Assembly: GCA_020201435.1 (NCBI GenBank)
Contig: JAIVGS010000002.1
Coordinates: 8,529-72,528, forward strand
DNA from: Myxococcales bacterium
GTDB lineage: Bacteria > Myxococcota > Myxococcia > Myxococcales > 40CM-4-68-19
Length of the DNA: 64,000 bases
Direction of reading: 5' to 3'
Shown: piece by piece, positions 1 through 7,825 of the stretch
How the letters are laid out: each line of letters opens with the position of its first letter
Numbering within the stretch: position 1 is the stretch's first letter
The notes under the pieces: model-generated
Seen by the model: the letters and a program-made list of their open reading frames with translations, nothing else
The model's database searches: none
What the model was told of the DNA's origin: nothing
Position numbers and translations under genes: made by a program

Positions 1-449
1 GGCAGCGCTTTCGACGTGACCGACAAAGTCAGAATCGGCGTATCTGCCGGATTTGACTTGGAATATGTCGGCGGCGCCGGCAGGGTGCGCGGGAGCAGAT
101 TCGACGAGGCGTTGATCGCCGCCTGCACGTCCTGCTCGGCGGCGTCGATGCTGCGGTCGAGCTCGAACTGCAGCGTGATCTGCGAGCTGCCGAAGCTCGA
201 CACCGAGGTCATCTGCGCCAGCGACGGCATCTGCCCGAACTGCCGCTCCAGCGGCGTGGTCACCGCCGACGCCATCGTCTCCGCGCTCGCCCCCGGCAAG
301 AGCGTCGACACCACGATGGTCGGGTAATCCACTTGAGGAAGCGCCGACACCGGCAACTGCCGATACCCGACGATCCCGGCCAGGAGCAGGCCGACCGTCA
401 GCAGCGCCGTCGCCACCGGCCGCCGGATGAATGGCTCGGAAATGCTCAA
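1..449 (-). CDS. RND efflux permease (AcrB/MdtB family), N-terminal part; the gene runs off the left edge
   Basis: Not in the ORF track because it is open at the window edge. My minus-strand translation from TTG (449-447) gives [74 protein letters not shown]..., a canonical RND N-terminus. There is an in-frame stop just upstream. It lies last in an OMP-MFP-RND gene order. Confidence 0.85.
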   Translation of the reverse strand, partial: MSISEPFIRRPVATALLTVGLLLAGIVGYRQLPVSALPQVDYPTIVVSTLLPGASAETMASAVTTPLERQFGQMPSLAQMTSVSSFGSSQITLQFELDRSIDAAEQDVQAAINASSNLLPRTLPAPPTYSKSNPADTPILTLSVTSKAL

Positions 450-548
450 ATCTCACCACGGAGGCACGGAGGCCACGGAGAAAAGCTTCGGGTTTCATGA
501 GGTGCAAACCAACCAAATCTCCGTGCTCTCCGCGCCTCCGTGGTGGGC
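450..548. repeat. Hairpin repeat element, copy E1 (ATCTCACC + octamer-reiterated arm, loop, complementary arm + GGTG)
   Basis: The left arm CACCACGGAGGCACGGAGGCCACGGAGA (454-481) is complementary to the right arm TCTCCGTGCTCTCCGCGCCTCCGTGGTG (518-545) at about 25/28 positions. Flanks and architecture match E2-E4. It sits in the spacer between the adaptor stop and the RND start. Confidence 0.75.
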
Positions 549-558
549 AGTTGCAGTT

Positions 559-1767
559 TCATCGGCCGCCTCGCTTCGGGGTGTCGGCCTTGGGGCCTTC
601 GCCCTCGCGTGGAGGGCGTTGCTGACCGCCGCCGGCGGGGCGCGCTGCGACTTTGGCCCCGGCGCGGAGCTGGTTCTGGCCGTCGGAGACGACCTTTTCG
701 CCCTCGGCGAGGCCGCGCGCGACGACGGCCAGGTCGCCCTCGGTGATCTCGACCTCGATCGGCCGCGGCTGGACCGTCTGGTCCTGCTGGATCACGTAGG
801 CGAACGTCCCTTCCGGGCCGCGCTGGGGCACCGTCGAGGGCACCACCAGCGCGTCCTTCCGCGTCGTGAGCAAGAGCCGCGCTTTCACGAACTGGTTCGG
901 CCACAACAGCCGTCCAGGATTCGGCACCACCGCCTTGAGCCGCATCGTCGCGGTCGCCGAGTTGATCTGGTTGTCGACCAGCTCCAGCCGCCCCGACGAG
1001 AGCCGCTGCGCGCCGTCGCGGCTCCAGGCCTCGACCGGCAGCTGCCCGTTCTGCAGCTGCGCCATCACCCGCGGCAGCTCGTCCTGCGGCAGGCTGAAGA
1101 TCACCGCGATCGGATCGAGCTGGGTGATCACCACGATCCCGTTCGCGTCGGACGCGTGGACGAGATTGCCGGGGTCGACCTGCCGGATGCCGGTCACGCC
1201 GTCCGCCGGCGAGCGGATCGACGCGTAATCGAGGTTGAGCCTGGCGGCGTCGATCGTCGCCCGATCGACCTCGACCGCGCCCTCGAGCTGCCCGACCAGC
1301 GCGGCCTGATCGTCGGCCTGCTGGGGCGCGATCAGCTTCTGCTGCGCAAGGTTGCGATATCGTTCGAGATTCAGCTTGGCGCCCTTGAGCTGCGCCACGT
1401 CCCGCGCGAGCGCGCCCTCGCCCTGCTTGAGCTGGTTCTGGAACGGACGCGGATCGATCTGCGCGAGAAGATCGCCCGCGTGCACCGGCTGGCCCTCGCG
1501 GAACAGCACCTTGTCCAGCCGGCCGTCGACCTGCGAACGGACGGTCACGGTCTTGAGAGCGGTCACGGTGCCGAGCCCGTCGAGGAAGATGGGCACGTCC
1601 TTCTTCTGCACCGTCGCCTCGACGACCGGGACCTGCCGATTCGCGGCCTGCTGCTGCTCGCGCGCCGCGCCCGCCTGCTGCGCGCTGGTGCGTTTGCGGA
1701 CGAAGAACGCGATCGCGGCGATCACGACCACCGCGACCACGATCAAAATGACTCTGCGGTCCTTCAC
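559..1767 (-). CDS. Efflux RND periplasmic adaptor subunit (membrane fusion protein, HlyD/MdtA family)
   Basis: ORF 559..1827. It has an N-terminal TM segment (ILIVVAVVVIAAIAFF), then a coiled-coil/lipoyl/beta-barrel type sequence (VRSQVDGRL..., RSPADGVTG, ATMRLKAVVPNP). The start is set at GTG 1767, preceded by GGAGG and 4 nt after the upstream gene's stop. Confidence 0.9.
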   Translation of the reverse strand: MKDRRVILIVVAVVVIAAIAFFVRKRTSAQQAGAAREQQQAANRQVPVVEATVQKKDVPIFLDGLGTVTALKTVTVRSQVDGRLDKVLFREGQPVHAGDLLAQIDPRPFQNQLKQGEGALARDVAQLKGAKLNLERYRNLAQQKLIAPQQADDQAALVGQLEGAVEVDRATIDAARLNLDYASIRSPADGVTGIRQVDPGNLVHASDANGIVVITQLDPIAVIFSLPQDELPRVMAQLQNGQLPVEAWSRDGAQRLSSGRLELVDNQINSATATMRLKAVVPNPGRLLWPNQFVKARLLLTTRKDALVVPSTVPQRGPEGTFAYVIQQDQTVQPRPIEVEITEGDLAVVARGLAEGEKVVSDGQNQLRAGAKVAARPAGGGQQRPPREGEGPKADTPKRGGR

Positions 1768-1771
1768 GGAA

Positions 1772-3046
1772 TTACCTCCGTCCCAGCGCGCGCAACAGCT
1801 GCGCCCGCGCCTTGGACAGCGTGTCATCGGCCTGCACCAGCTGCGCCGCGGCCTGCGTCACCGCGACCTGCGCGTCGCCCAGCTCGATCGCGCTGCCGAC
1901 GCCGACCTGGTAGCGCTGCTCGGCGAGCGTCAGGCGCACCTTGGCGTTGGTCAGCGCTTCCTGCGCGGCCGAGATCGACTCCTTCGCCCCCCGCACCGCG
2001 AGCCGCGCGCTGTCGACGTCGCTGCGCAGCGTCTGCTTGAGGAGGTCGAGCTGGGCGACCTCGCTGCCGACGTTGGCTTCGGCCTCGGCCACCTGCGCGC
2101 GCGTGGAGCCGCCCTGGAAGATCTGCCAGGTGGCGACGACTCCGACGGTCGCGTTCCAGCCGAGGTCGGAGAGGCTGGTGCCGCTCTGGGCGACGCCCGC
2201 GCTGCCGCTGATCGAGGGCCAGTACTGCCCCTGCAGCGATCGGACGGTCAGCTCGTCGGCGTGGACCAGCGCCTCGATCGAGGCGAACTCCGGGCGGTCC
2301 TTGACGGCCTCGTCGTAGAGCGGCTGGGTGTCGGCGTCCTCGTTCTGGACCGCGGGCATGGCTTCGTCGGCGACGTCGTAGTCGGTGGTGCCGAGGATCC
2401 CCATCGCCGAGTTGAGCGTGACCTTCGCGGTCTCGTACGTATTCTGCGAGTTGATCAACGCGACCCGCGCGTTGGCGGTGTCGGTGCGGGCCTGGGCGAG
2501 GTCGATCTCCGGGTGGGTGCCGGCCTTGACGAAGCCTTCGGTCTGCTGGAGGTGCTTCTGCTGGTTGGCGAGCGTGTCGGCAGCGACCTGGACCAGCGCC
2601 TTGTCGGCCCGCGCGTCGAAGTAGGCGGAGCGGACGGTGAAGTCGACCGAAAGCTCGGTGGCGCGCTCGGTCGCGGCCTGCGCGTCGGCCTGGGCCTTCG
2701 CCGCTTCCCAGCGGTTCGGCGTCGAGAAGAAGTCGAACAGAAGCAGCGAGGCGGTGAGGCTGTCGGACCAGGTGTTGCCGCTCGCGACGCCGGTCGGACA
2801 CGGGGCGGTCGGGTCGGTGGAGCAGGAGGCGCTGCGGACCGTCACCGTGCCGGCGCTGTGCTGGAAGCCGGCGCGCGCGGAGACCTGCGGGAGCATCGGC
2901 GCGAACGCCTGCTGCGCGCGGGCGGCGGCTGCCTGGGAGCCGGCGCGGGCCTGGCGGAGCTGCGGCTGGTTGGCGCGAGCGCTGTCGACGGCCTGCTGCA
3001 GCGTGACGACGCGCGCCGCGGCCAGCACCGCCAGGAGCAAATTCAC
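1772..3046 (-). CDS. TolC-family outer membrane efflux protein
   Basis: ORF 1772..3046 (424 aa). It begins with a signal-like N-terminus, LTLQQAVDSARANQPQLRQA, followed by the two repeated alpha-helical/beta halves typical of OMF proteins. It is the first structural gene of the efflux operon. Confidence 0.85.
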   Translation of the reverse strand: MNLLLAVLAAARVVTLQQAVDSARANQPQLRQARAGSQAAAARAQQAFAPMLPQVSARAGFQHSAGTVTVRSASCSTDPTAPCPTGVASGNTWSDSLTASLLLFDFFSTPNRWEAAKAQADAQAATERATELSVDFTVRSAYFDARADKALVQVAADTLANQQKHLQQTEGFVKAGTHPEIDLAQARTDTANARVALINSQNTYETAKVTLNSAMGILGTTDYDVADEAMPAVQNEDADTQPLYDEAVKDRPEFASIEALVHADELTVRSLQGQYWPSISGSAGVAQSGTSLSDLGWNATVGVVATWQIFQGGSTRAQVAEAEANVGSEVAQLDLLKQTLRSDVDSARLAVRGAKESISAAQEALTNAKVRLTLAEQRYQVGVGSAIELGDAQVAVTQAAAQLVQADDTLSKARAQLLRALGRR

Positions 3047-3510
3047 GCGTCACCTCCGGCGGCTGCGGGGCCCTCGTCCGGCGCGAACTCCGCGAGATTG
3101 CGCACCACCTTACGCAACGCGGCGCGGAACATTTCCTGTTCGCGGGCCGACATCCCTTGCACGACGGCGGACCGGACGCCAGTGGCGATGGGGGCGATCC
3201 GTTGGGCGAGCCGCACTCCGGCGGCGGTCAGCGTCACGCGGACGACGCGGCGATCGCGCGGGTCCGGTTCGACCCTCAGCAGGCCGCGCCCGGCGAGGCT
3301 CTCGGCGATGCGCGAGGCGGTCGGAGGATCCATGTGCTGGCGGCGCGCGATCTCGCCGAGTGACGCGCCGGGGAGCTCGCGATTCGCGTTGAGGAACCAG
3401 AATTGCGGCAGAGTGAGGTGGCGGGGGCGGACGGCGCGCTGGACCGCCTGCTTGATGCTGCGGCGGGCGGCGCCGATGAGGAGGCCGACGTATTCTTGTT
3501 CCTGCAACAT
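3043..3510 (-). CDS. MarR family transcriptional regulator
   Basis: This is the C-terminal 155 aa of ORF 3043..3717, starting at MLQEQEYVGLLIGAARR... The winged-helix core reads LTLPQFWFLNANRELPGASLGEIARRQHMDPPTASRIAESLAGRGLLRVEPDPRDRRVVRVTLT. It has a GTGA overlap with the OMP start. The upstream part of the ORF translates a tandem repeat and was rejected. Confidence 0.85.
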   Translation of the reverse strand: MLQEQEYVGLLIGAARRSIKQAVQRAVRPRHLTLPQFWFLNANRELPGASLGEIARRQHMDPPTASRIAESLAGRGLLRVEPDPRDRRVVRVTLTAAGVRLAQRIAPIATGVRSAVVQGMSAREQEMFRAALRKVVRNLAEFAPDEGPAAAGGDA

Positions 3511-3597
3511 TTGCGGTGGCAAGTAACGACTCGGCGGGCGTCGGGTCAAGCGAATGAAACAAAGGGAAACTCGAAAAAAGCAAAGGACGATGCGGCC

Positions 3598-3759
3598 GCA
3601 GTGACAGTCGAAGGCTCGCGCGAGGCTGCTTCTGATTGCTTCTGCGAGAGGGAAGCGAAAAGGAGAAGGAAAACGAAAAGGAGAAGGAAAACGAAAAGGA
3701 GAAGGAGAAGGAAACAAAAGGATTGGGAGCCCTCGCGCCAGCGCTTCGGGCTGTCACTG
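3598..3759. repeat. Long imperfect inverted repeat enclosing a purine-rich tract (marR/clc divergent intergenic region)
   Basis: The left arm GCAGTGACAGTCGAAGGCTCGCGCGAGGCT (3598-3627) pairs with the right arm AGCCCTCGCGCCAGCGCTTCGGGCTGTCACTG (3728-3759). Paired blocks are CAGTGACAG/CTGTCACTG, CGAAG/CTTCG and GCGCGAGG(G)CT/AGCC(C)TCGCGC. Confidence 0.7.
3656..3714 (+). repeat. Tandem 18-bp purine repeat (CGAAAAGGAGAAGGAAAA), 2 perfect units plus an expanded third
   Basis: Read directly: units at 3656-3673, 3674-3691 and 3692-3714. It is embedded in an ~85 nt near-homopurine run on the + strand. It generates the spurious KEKENEKEKEN and FSFSFSFS ORF translations. Confidence 0.9.
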
Positions 3760-3830
3760 TCGCTGCATTGAAAAGCCTTTTGCTGAAATGCGCGACACCG
3801 TACGCGATTCGTGCCAAAGAAGATGCCGCC

Positions 3831-5795
3831 GTGAGCAGGGTGTCTCCGAAACTGCCGTGGGAACGCGCGGTTGTGATGCTGGTCGCGGCGGTCGTCGGCC
3901 TCTACGGCGGCATCGCGGCGGGGCTGTTTGCGGTCTGCATCCGGTTCGTGCAGCTCTTCCTGTTCCGCGGGCGCGAAGTGGCGATGACGCTCTTCGGACC
4001 GGAGCGCGAGATGTGGGTGCGCTATTTCGCCGAGCGGCTGACGGCGGCGCGGTGGCACCTCGAGTTCGCGGCGCTGGCGGCGCTGATTCTCGCGGCGGCG
4101 GTGGTGCTCGACCGGTTGGGGGGCACGCGGCTGCCGGTCTTCGAGGCGCGGCGGCTGCGGGCGGTGGCGCTCGCGGCGTCGCTCGGGCTCGCGCTCTACT
4201 ACCCACTGGTCCTGGTCAAGACGTTCAACGGCACGTTTCACGAGACCGACGGCGGGCTCTACGAGCTGCTCGCGAATGCGCCGCGATGGATCTGGCTGAT
4301 TGCGCCGGCGATCGGGGCGCTGCTCGCGGCGCTGCTCGTCCGACATGTCAGCCCCGAGAGCGGCGGACACGGAGTCGTCGAGGTGATCGAAGCGGTCCAC
4401 GAGCGCACGCCGATCAAGGGCCGGGTCGCGATCTGGAAGTCGCTGGCAGCGGGCCTCGTCATCGGCTCGGGGGGGAGCGCGGGGCGGGAAGGGCCGGTCG
4501 TGCACCTCGGCGGCGCGGTCGCATCGTCCTTGAGCCGCTTTCTCGAATTGCCGCGCAGCGAGACGTCGATCCTGCTCGCGGCCGGAGCCGGGGCGGGGAT
4601 CGCGGCGTCGTTTCAGGCGCCGCTCGCGGGATCGCTGTTTGCGCTGGAGATCGTCCTGGCGGATTTCGACGTCCGACGCTTCGCGCCGGTGGTGCTGGCG
4701 TGCGTGACGGCGACCGCGACCTCGCGCGCGCTGCTCGGCGGCGGAACCGATCTGCGGCCGGTGAGCTGGACGCTGAACCACCCCTCCGAGATCGCGGTCT
4801 ACCTGCTCCTCGGCATCGTCGCGGGACTGTGCGGGATCGTCTACGTCAAGGCCGTCCATGGCGCGGAGGAGCGGATCCACGCGGTCAAGCTCGGGGCGGT
4901 CACCAAAGCGGCGCTCGGCGGGCTCGTGGTCGGCGCCATCGGCCTCGTCGCCCCGCGCGTCCTCGGGACCGGGATCGAGTCGATGAACGCCGCGCTCGCC
5001 GGCCAGCTGACGTTCGCCGCGCTCCTGCTCGCGCTCGTCGCGAAGATGGTCGCGACCTCGGCCACGCTCGGTTCCGGATCGCCGGGCGGCAGCTTTTTTC
5101 CCGCCGTCTTCCTCGGGGCGATGCTCGGCGGCGCCTTCGGCCACGTCGCCCATGCGGCGCTGCCCGGCATCGTCTCGGGCGCCGATGCGTATGCGGCGGT
5201 CGGCATGGGGGCGGTCGTCGCGGGCGCGACGCTCGCGCCGCTGACCGGCGTGCTGATGATGTTCGAGCTGACCGGCAGCTACCAGATCGTGCTGCCGCTG
5301 CTGGTGGCGTGCGGCGTCGCCGCGGCCATCGCCCACGGCGTCCTGGGCGGGTCGATCTACACCATCGGCGCGCGCCGCCGCGGCATCCGGTTGTCGCGAA
5401 GCGGCCCGCAGCTCTCCGATCTCTCCGTCGCGCAAGCGCTCGATCAGGTCGACCCGATCCCGGCCGATCTTCCCTACGCAGAGCTGCTGCGCGTGATCGG
5501 TCCGACGCTGCACGCGGCGTTTCCGGTGGTCGCCGACGCGCAGGGCGTGATCGGCCTGCTCTCGGTCCGCGAGGTCCGGCGCGCGCTGCTCGATCCGGCC
5601 GTCGACAAGTCCTCGACTGCCCGCAGCTTCACCAAGGCCGCGCAATCGCTGCTGCCCGACGACGACCTCGGCACCGCCGTCCAGCGGCTGGCGGAGACGG
5701 GCGAAGCGCTCGTCGTCGACGCCGAAAACCGCCCGGTCGGCATCATCACCCGAGAGGGTATTCTCGACGCTTGGCGCCGCGCGACCGGGACCTAG
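3831..5795 (+). CDS. ClC family chloride channel / H+-Cl- antiporter with C-terminal CBS-domain pair
   Basis: ORF 3636..5795. It carries ClC signatures GSGGSAGREGP, GIAASFQAPLAG and GSPGGSFFP across many TM segments. The C-terminal CBS pair reads (...AFPVVADAQGVIGLLSVREV..., ...ALVVDAENRPVGIITREGIL). The start was chosen at GTG 3831 (ATG 3876 is the alternative), because upstream codons translate the purine repeat. Confidence 0.85.
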   Translation: MSRVSPKLPWERAVVMLVAAVVGLYGGIAAGLFAVCIRFVQLFLFRGREVAMTLFGPEREMWVRYFAERLTAARWHLEFAALAALILAAAVVLDRLGGTRLPVFEARRLRAVALAASLGLALYYPLVLVKTFNGTFHETDGGLYELLANAPRWIWLIAPAIGALLAALLVRHVSPESGGHGVVEVIEAVHERTPIKGRVAIWKSLAAGLVIGSGGSAGREGPVVHLGGAVASSLSRFLELPRSETSILLAAGAGAGIAASFQAPLAGSLFALEIVLADFDVRRFAPVVLACVTATATSRALLGGGTDLRPVSWTLNHPSEIAVYLLLGIVAGLCGIVYVKAVHGAEERIHAVKLGAVTKAALGGLVVGAIGLVAPRVLGTGIESMNAALAGQLTFAALLLALVAKMVATSATLGSGSPGGSFFPAVFLGAMLGGAFGHVAHAALPGIVSGADAYAAVGMGAVVAGATLAPLTGVLMMFELTGSYQIVLPLLVACGVAAAIAHGVLGGSIYTIGARRRGIRLSRSGPQLSDLSVAQALDQVDPIPADLPYAELLRVIGPTLHAAFPVVADAQGVIGLLSVREVRRALLDPAVDKSSTARSFTKAAQSLLPDDDLGTAVQRLAETGEALVVDAENRPVGIITREGILDAWRRATGT

Positions 5796-5905
5796 GTCGG
5801 AGATTCGGGGACACAATACTTATCTCCGACTTTAGCGCGGCCCCTTCCCCCGGCATGTATGACTCCCTGAGTCGGAGTTGAGTATTGTGTCCCCATAACT
5901 CCGAC
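5796..5905. repeat. Nested inverted repeat: two 35-bp hairpin units in inverted orientation separated by 40 bp
   Basis: Unit A (5796-5830) is GTCGGAGATTCGGGGACACAATACTTATCTCCGAC. Unit B (5871-5905) is GTCGGAGTTGAGTATTGTGTCCCCATAACTCCGAC. Each has a perfect 9-bp stem and a 17-nt loop. B matches the reverse complement of A at 30/35 positions. Confidence 0.85.
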
Positions 5906-5923
5906 GTGCATCGGAGGTGGGTG

Positions 5924-7420
5924 ATGGAGAGGTTCAACATCGGGGCGGAGTTGATCGAGCGGAACCTGCGGGAGGGCCGCGGGCGGAGCCCGGCCATCTG
6001 GGCGGCGGGGAAGACGCTGACGTACGGCGAGCTGTCGGCGCTGGTAGACCGGGTGGGCGCCGCGTTTCTGAAGGCGGGAGTGAAGCCGGAGCAGCGCGTG
6101 CTGATGGTGATGCCGGACTCGCCGGAGCTCGCCGCCTGCTATCTCGCGGCGATGAAGATCGGGGCCGTCGCGGTGCCCTGCAATCCGCTGCTGCGGACGG
6201 CTGACTACGCGTATTTCCTCGAGGAATCGCGCGCGGCGCTGGTCGTCACCGCGGCTGCGCTGCGCGAAAAGCTGCCCCGGCACGACAAGCCGATGCTGGT
6301 CACCGGCGTCGACTTCGAGAAAGCGCTCGCCGAAGTTCCCGAGCAGAAACTGGAGGCGGCGCCGACGAGCAAGGACGAGGCCGCGTTCTGGCTCTGGACG
6401 AGCGGCTCGACCGGCAAGCCGAAAGCTGCCGTCCACGCGCACCAGGACTGGCCGCACTGCTGCGAGCTCTACGGGCAAGGCATCCTGAACCTCCAGCCGA
6501 AAGACCGCTGCTACTCGGCTTCCAAGCTCTTCCACGCCTACGGTCTCGGCAACGCGCTCGCCTTCCCGTTCTGGGTCGGCGCGAGCACGATCCTTTCGCC
6601 CGACCGCCCCACCCCCGACGTCGTCTACAAGGCCATCGCGGACGGCCGGCCGACGATCTTCTTCGGCGTCCCCACGCTCTACGCCGCGATGCTGCAGGCA
6701 AAGGGCGATCCGGAGGTGGAGAGCCTGCGCGTCTGCGTCTCGGCCGGCGAGCCGCTCCCGGGCGATCTCTTCAGCCGCTGGAAGTCGCGCTTCGGCACCG
6801 AGATCCTCGACGGAATCGGTTCCACCGAAGTCCTGCACATCTACGTTTCACCCCGAATGGGCGCGGCCAAGCCCGGCTCGACCGGCCTTCCCGTCGACGG
6901 CTACCAGGTCCGTATCGTCGACGAGCTCGGAAACGACGTGCGCGAAGGTGAGACCGGCGACCTCGTCGTCCGCGGCGCCTCGACCGCGCTCTTCTACTGG
7001 AACCGCAAGGACCAGAGCCGCCAGAAGATGCGGGGCGAGTGGTTCTTCTCGGGCGACAAGTTCCGCCAGACCGAGGACGGCGAGTTCCACTACGTCGGCC
7101 GCTCGGACGACATGTTCAAGACCGCGGGCGAGTGGATCTCCCCCGCCGACGTCGAGTCAGCGCTGATCTCACATGGCGCGGTCCTCGAGTGCGCGGTGGT
7201 GGCGAAGAAGAGCGAGGACGGGCTGCTCAGGCCGCGCGCGCACGTCGTCCTCGTCCAGGGCAAGCAGGGCTCGCCCGAGCTCGCCGAGGAGCTCAAGCAG
7301 CACGTCCGCGGCAAGTGCGCGGGCTACATGGTGCCGCGCGACATCGTCTTCGCAACCGAGCTGCCGAAGACGGCGACCGGCAAGATCCAGCGATTCCTGC
7401 TGCGCGACGCGGATGTCTGA
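5924..7420 (+). CDS. AMP-forming acyl-CoA ligase, benzoate-CoA ligase family
   Basis: ORF 5885..7420, start at ATG 5924 after GGAGG. It has the AMP-binding motifs WLWTSGSTGKPKAAVH, YGLGN and GEWFFSGDKF, and a C-terminal PKTATGKIQRF. Overall similarity is to aromatic-acid CoA ligases. Confidence 0.85.
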   Translation: MERFNIGAELIERNLREGRGRSPAIWAAGKTLTYGELSALVDRVGAAFLKAGVKPEQRVLMVMPDSPELAACYLAAMKIGAVAVPCNPLLRTADYAYFLEESRAALVVTAAALREKLPRHDKPMLVTGVDFEKALAEVPEQKLEAAPTSKDEAAFWLWTSGSTGKPKAAVHAHQDWPHCCELYGQGILNLQPKDRCYSASKLFHAYGLGNALAFPFWVGASTILSPDRPTPDVVYKAIADGRPTIFFGVPTLYAAMLQAKGDPEVESLRVCVSAGEPLPGDLFSRWKSRFGTEILDGIGSTEVLHIYVSPRMGAAKPGSTGLPVDGYQVRIVDELGNDVREGETGDLVVRGASTALFYWNRKDQSRQKMRGEWFFSGDKFRQTEDGEFHYVGRSDDMFKTAGEWISPADVESALISHGAVLECAVVAKKSEDGLLRPRAHVVLVQGKQGSPELAEELKQHVRGKCAGYMVPRDIVFATELPKTATGKIQRFLLRDADV

Positions 7421-7778
7421 CCTCCAGGTCGATGGAGCGCGGATCCCCTACCAGGACGCCGGCGGGCCCGGCCCGGCGATCGTCTTTTCGCACGGCCTCC
7501 TCTGGAGGACGGCGATGTACAGGTTCCAGATCGAGGCGTTCCGGAAAGACTTCCGCCCGCATCGCGTACGAGGAGTACGCCGACGCACGACGCACTGCCC
7601 GACGATCGTGACCTCCGGCGCCGAGGACGGCGTCGTTCCGGCACGCAGCGAGCGGACCGCTCCAAAAATCCCGGGCGCGAAGTTCATGTCGATTCCGCGC
7701 CCCGGACACACCTCGAGCATCGAGGAGCCCGAGGCGGTGAACGCCGCACTTCGTGAGTTCTGGTCGCACATCGGGTGA
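7413..7778 (+). pseudogene. alpha/beta hydrolase remnant with an apparent internal deletion (121 aa, no nucleophile elbow)
   Basis: The N-terminus (GPAIVFSHGLLWRTAMYRFQIEAFRKDFR) and C-terminus (PTIVTSGAEDGVVPARSERTAPKIPGAKFMSIPRPGHTSSIEEPEAVNAALREFW) are those of a ~270 aa alpha/beta-fold hydrolase. The middle, including GxSxG, is missing. Confidence 0.5.
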
Positions 7779-7825
7779 CCTTCACTCACAGCGAAAATCC
7801 CCCTCGAAGCGTGTAAGATCTCCTG

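Noticed and set aside
427-3526. Long + strand ORFs (427..2040 at 537 aa; 1352..3526 at 724 aa), plus many others of the same kind across the window. Examples: 3546..5816 on the minus strand, 7753..10962 on the plus strand, 7931..10765 on the minus strand, 16744..18162 on the minus strand, 42631..45771 on the plus strand, 42788..45469 on the minus strand, 46776..49241 on the plus strand, 56547..59393 on the minus strand.
   Set aside because: They are antisense or off-frame shadows of well-supported genes in very GC-rich DNA. Their sequences are Arg/Pro/Ala/Gly-rich and low in complexity, and they have no recognisable motifs. Each overlaps a gene with clear family signatures.
3656-3714. The 18-bp tandem repeat considered as a possible CRISPR array or as the coding repeat of ORFs 3636.. 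(KEKENEKEKEN) and 3110..3817 (FSFSFSFS).
   Set aside because: The units are contiguous with no spacers and are too short for CRISPR repeats. The repeat-derived peptides precede plausible true starts of the flanking genes and lack coding signatures.
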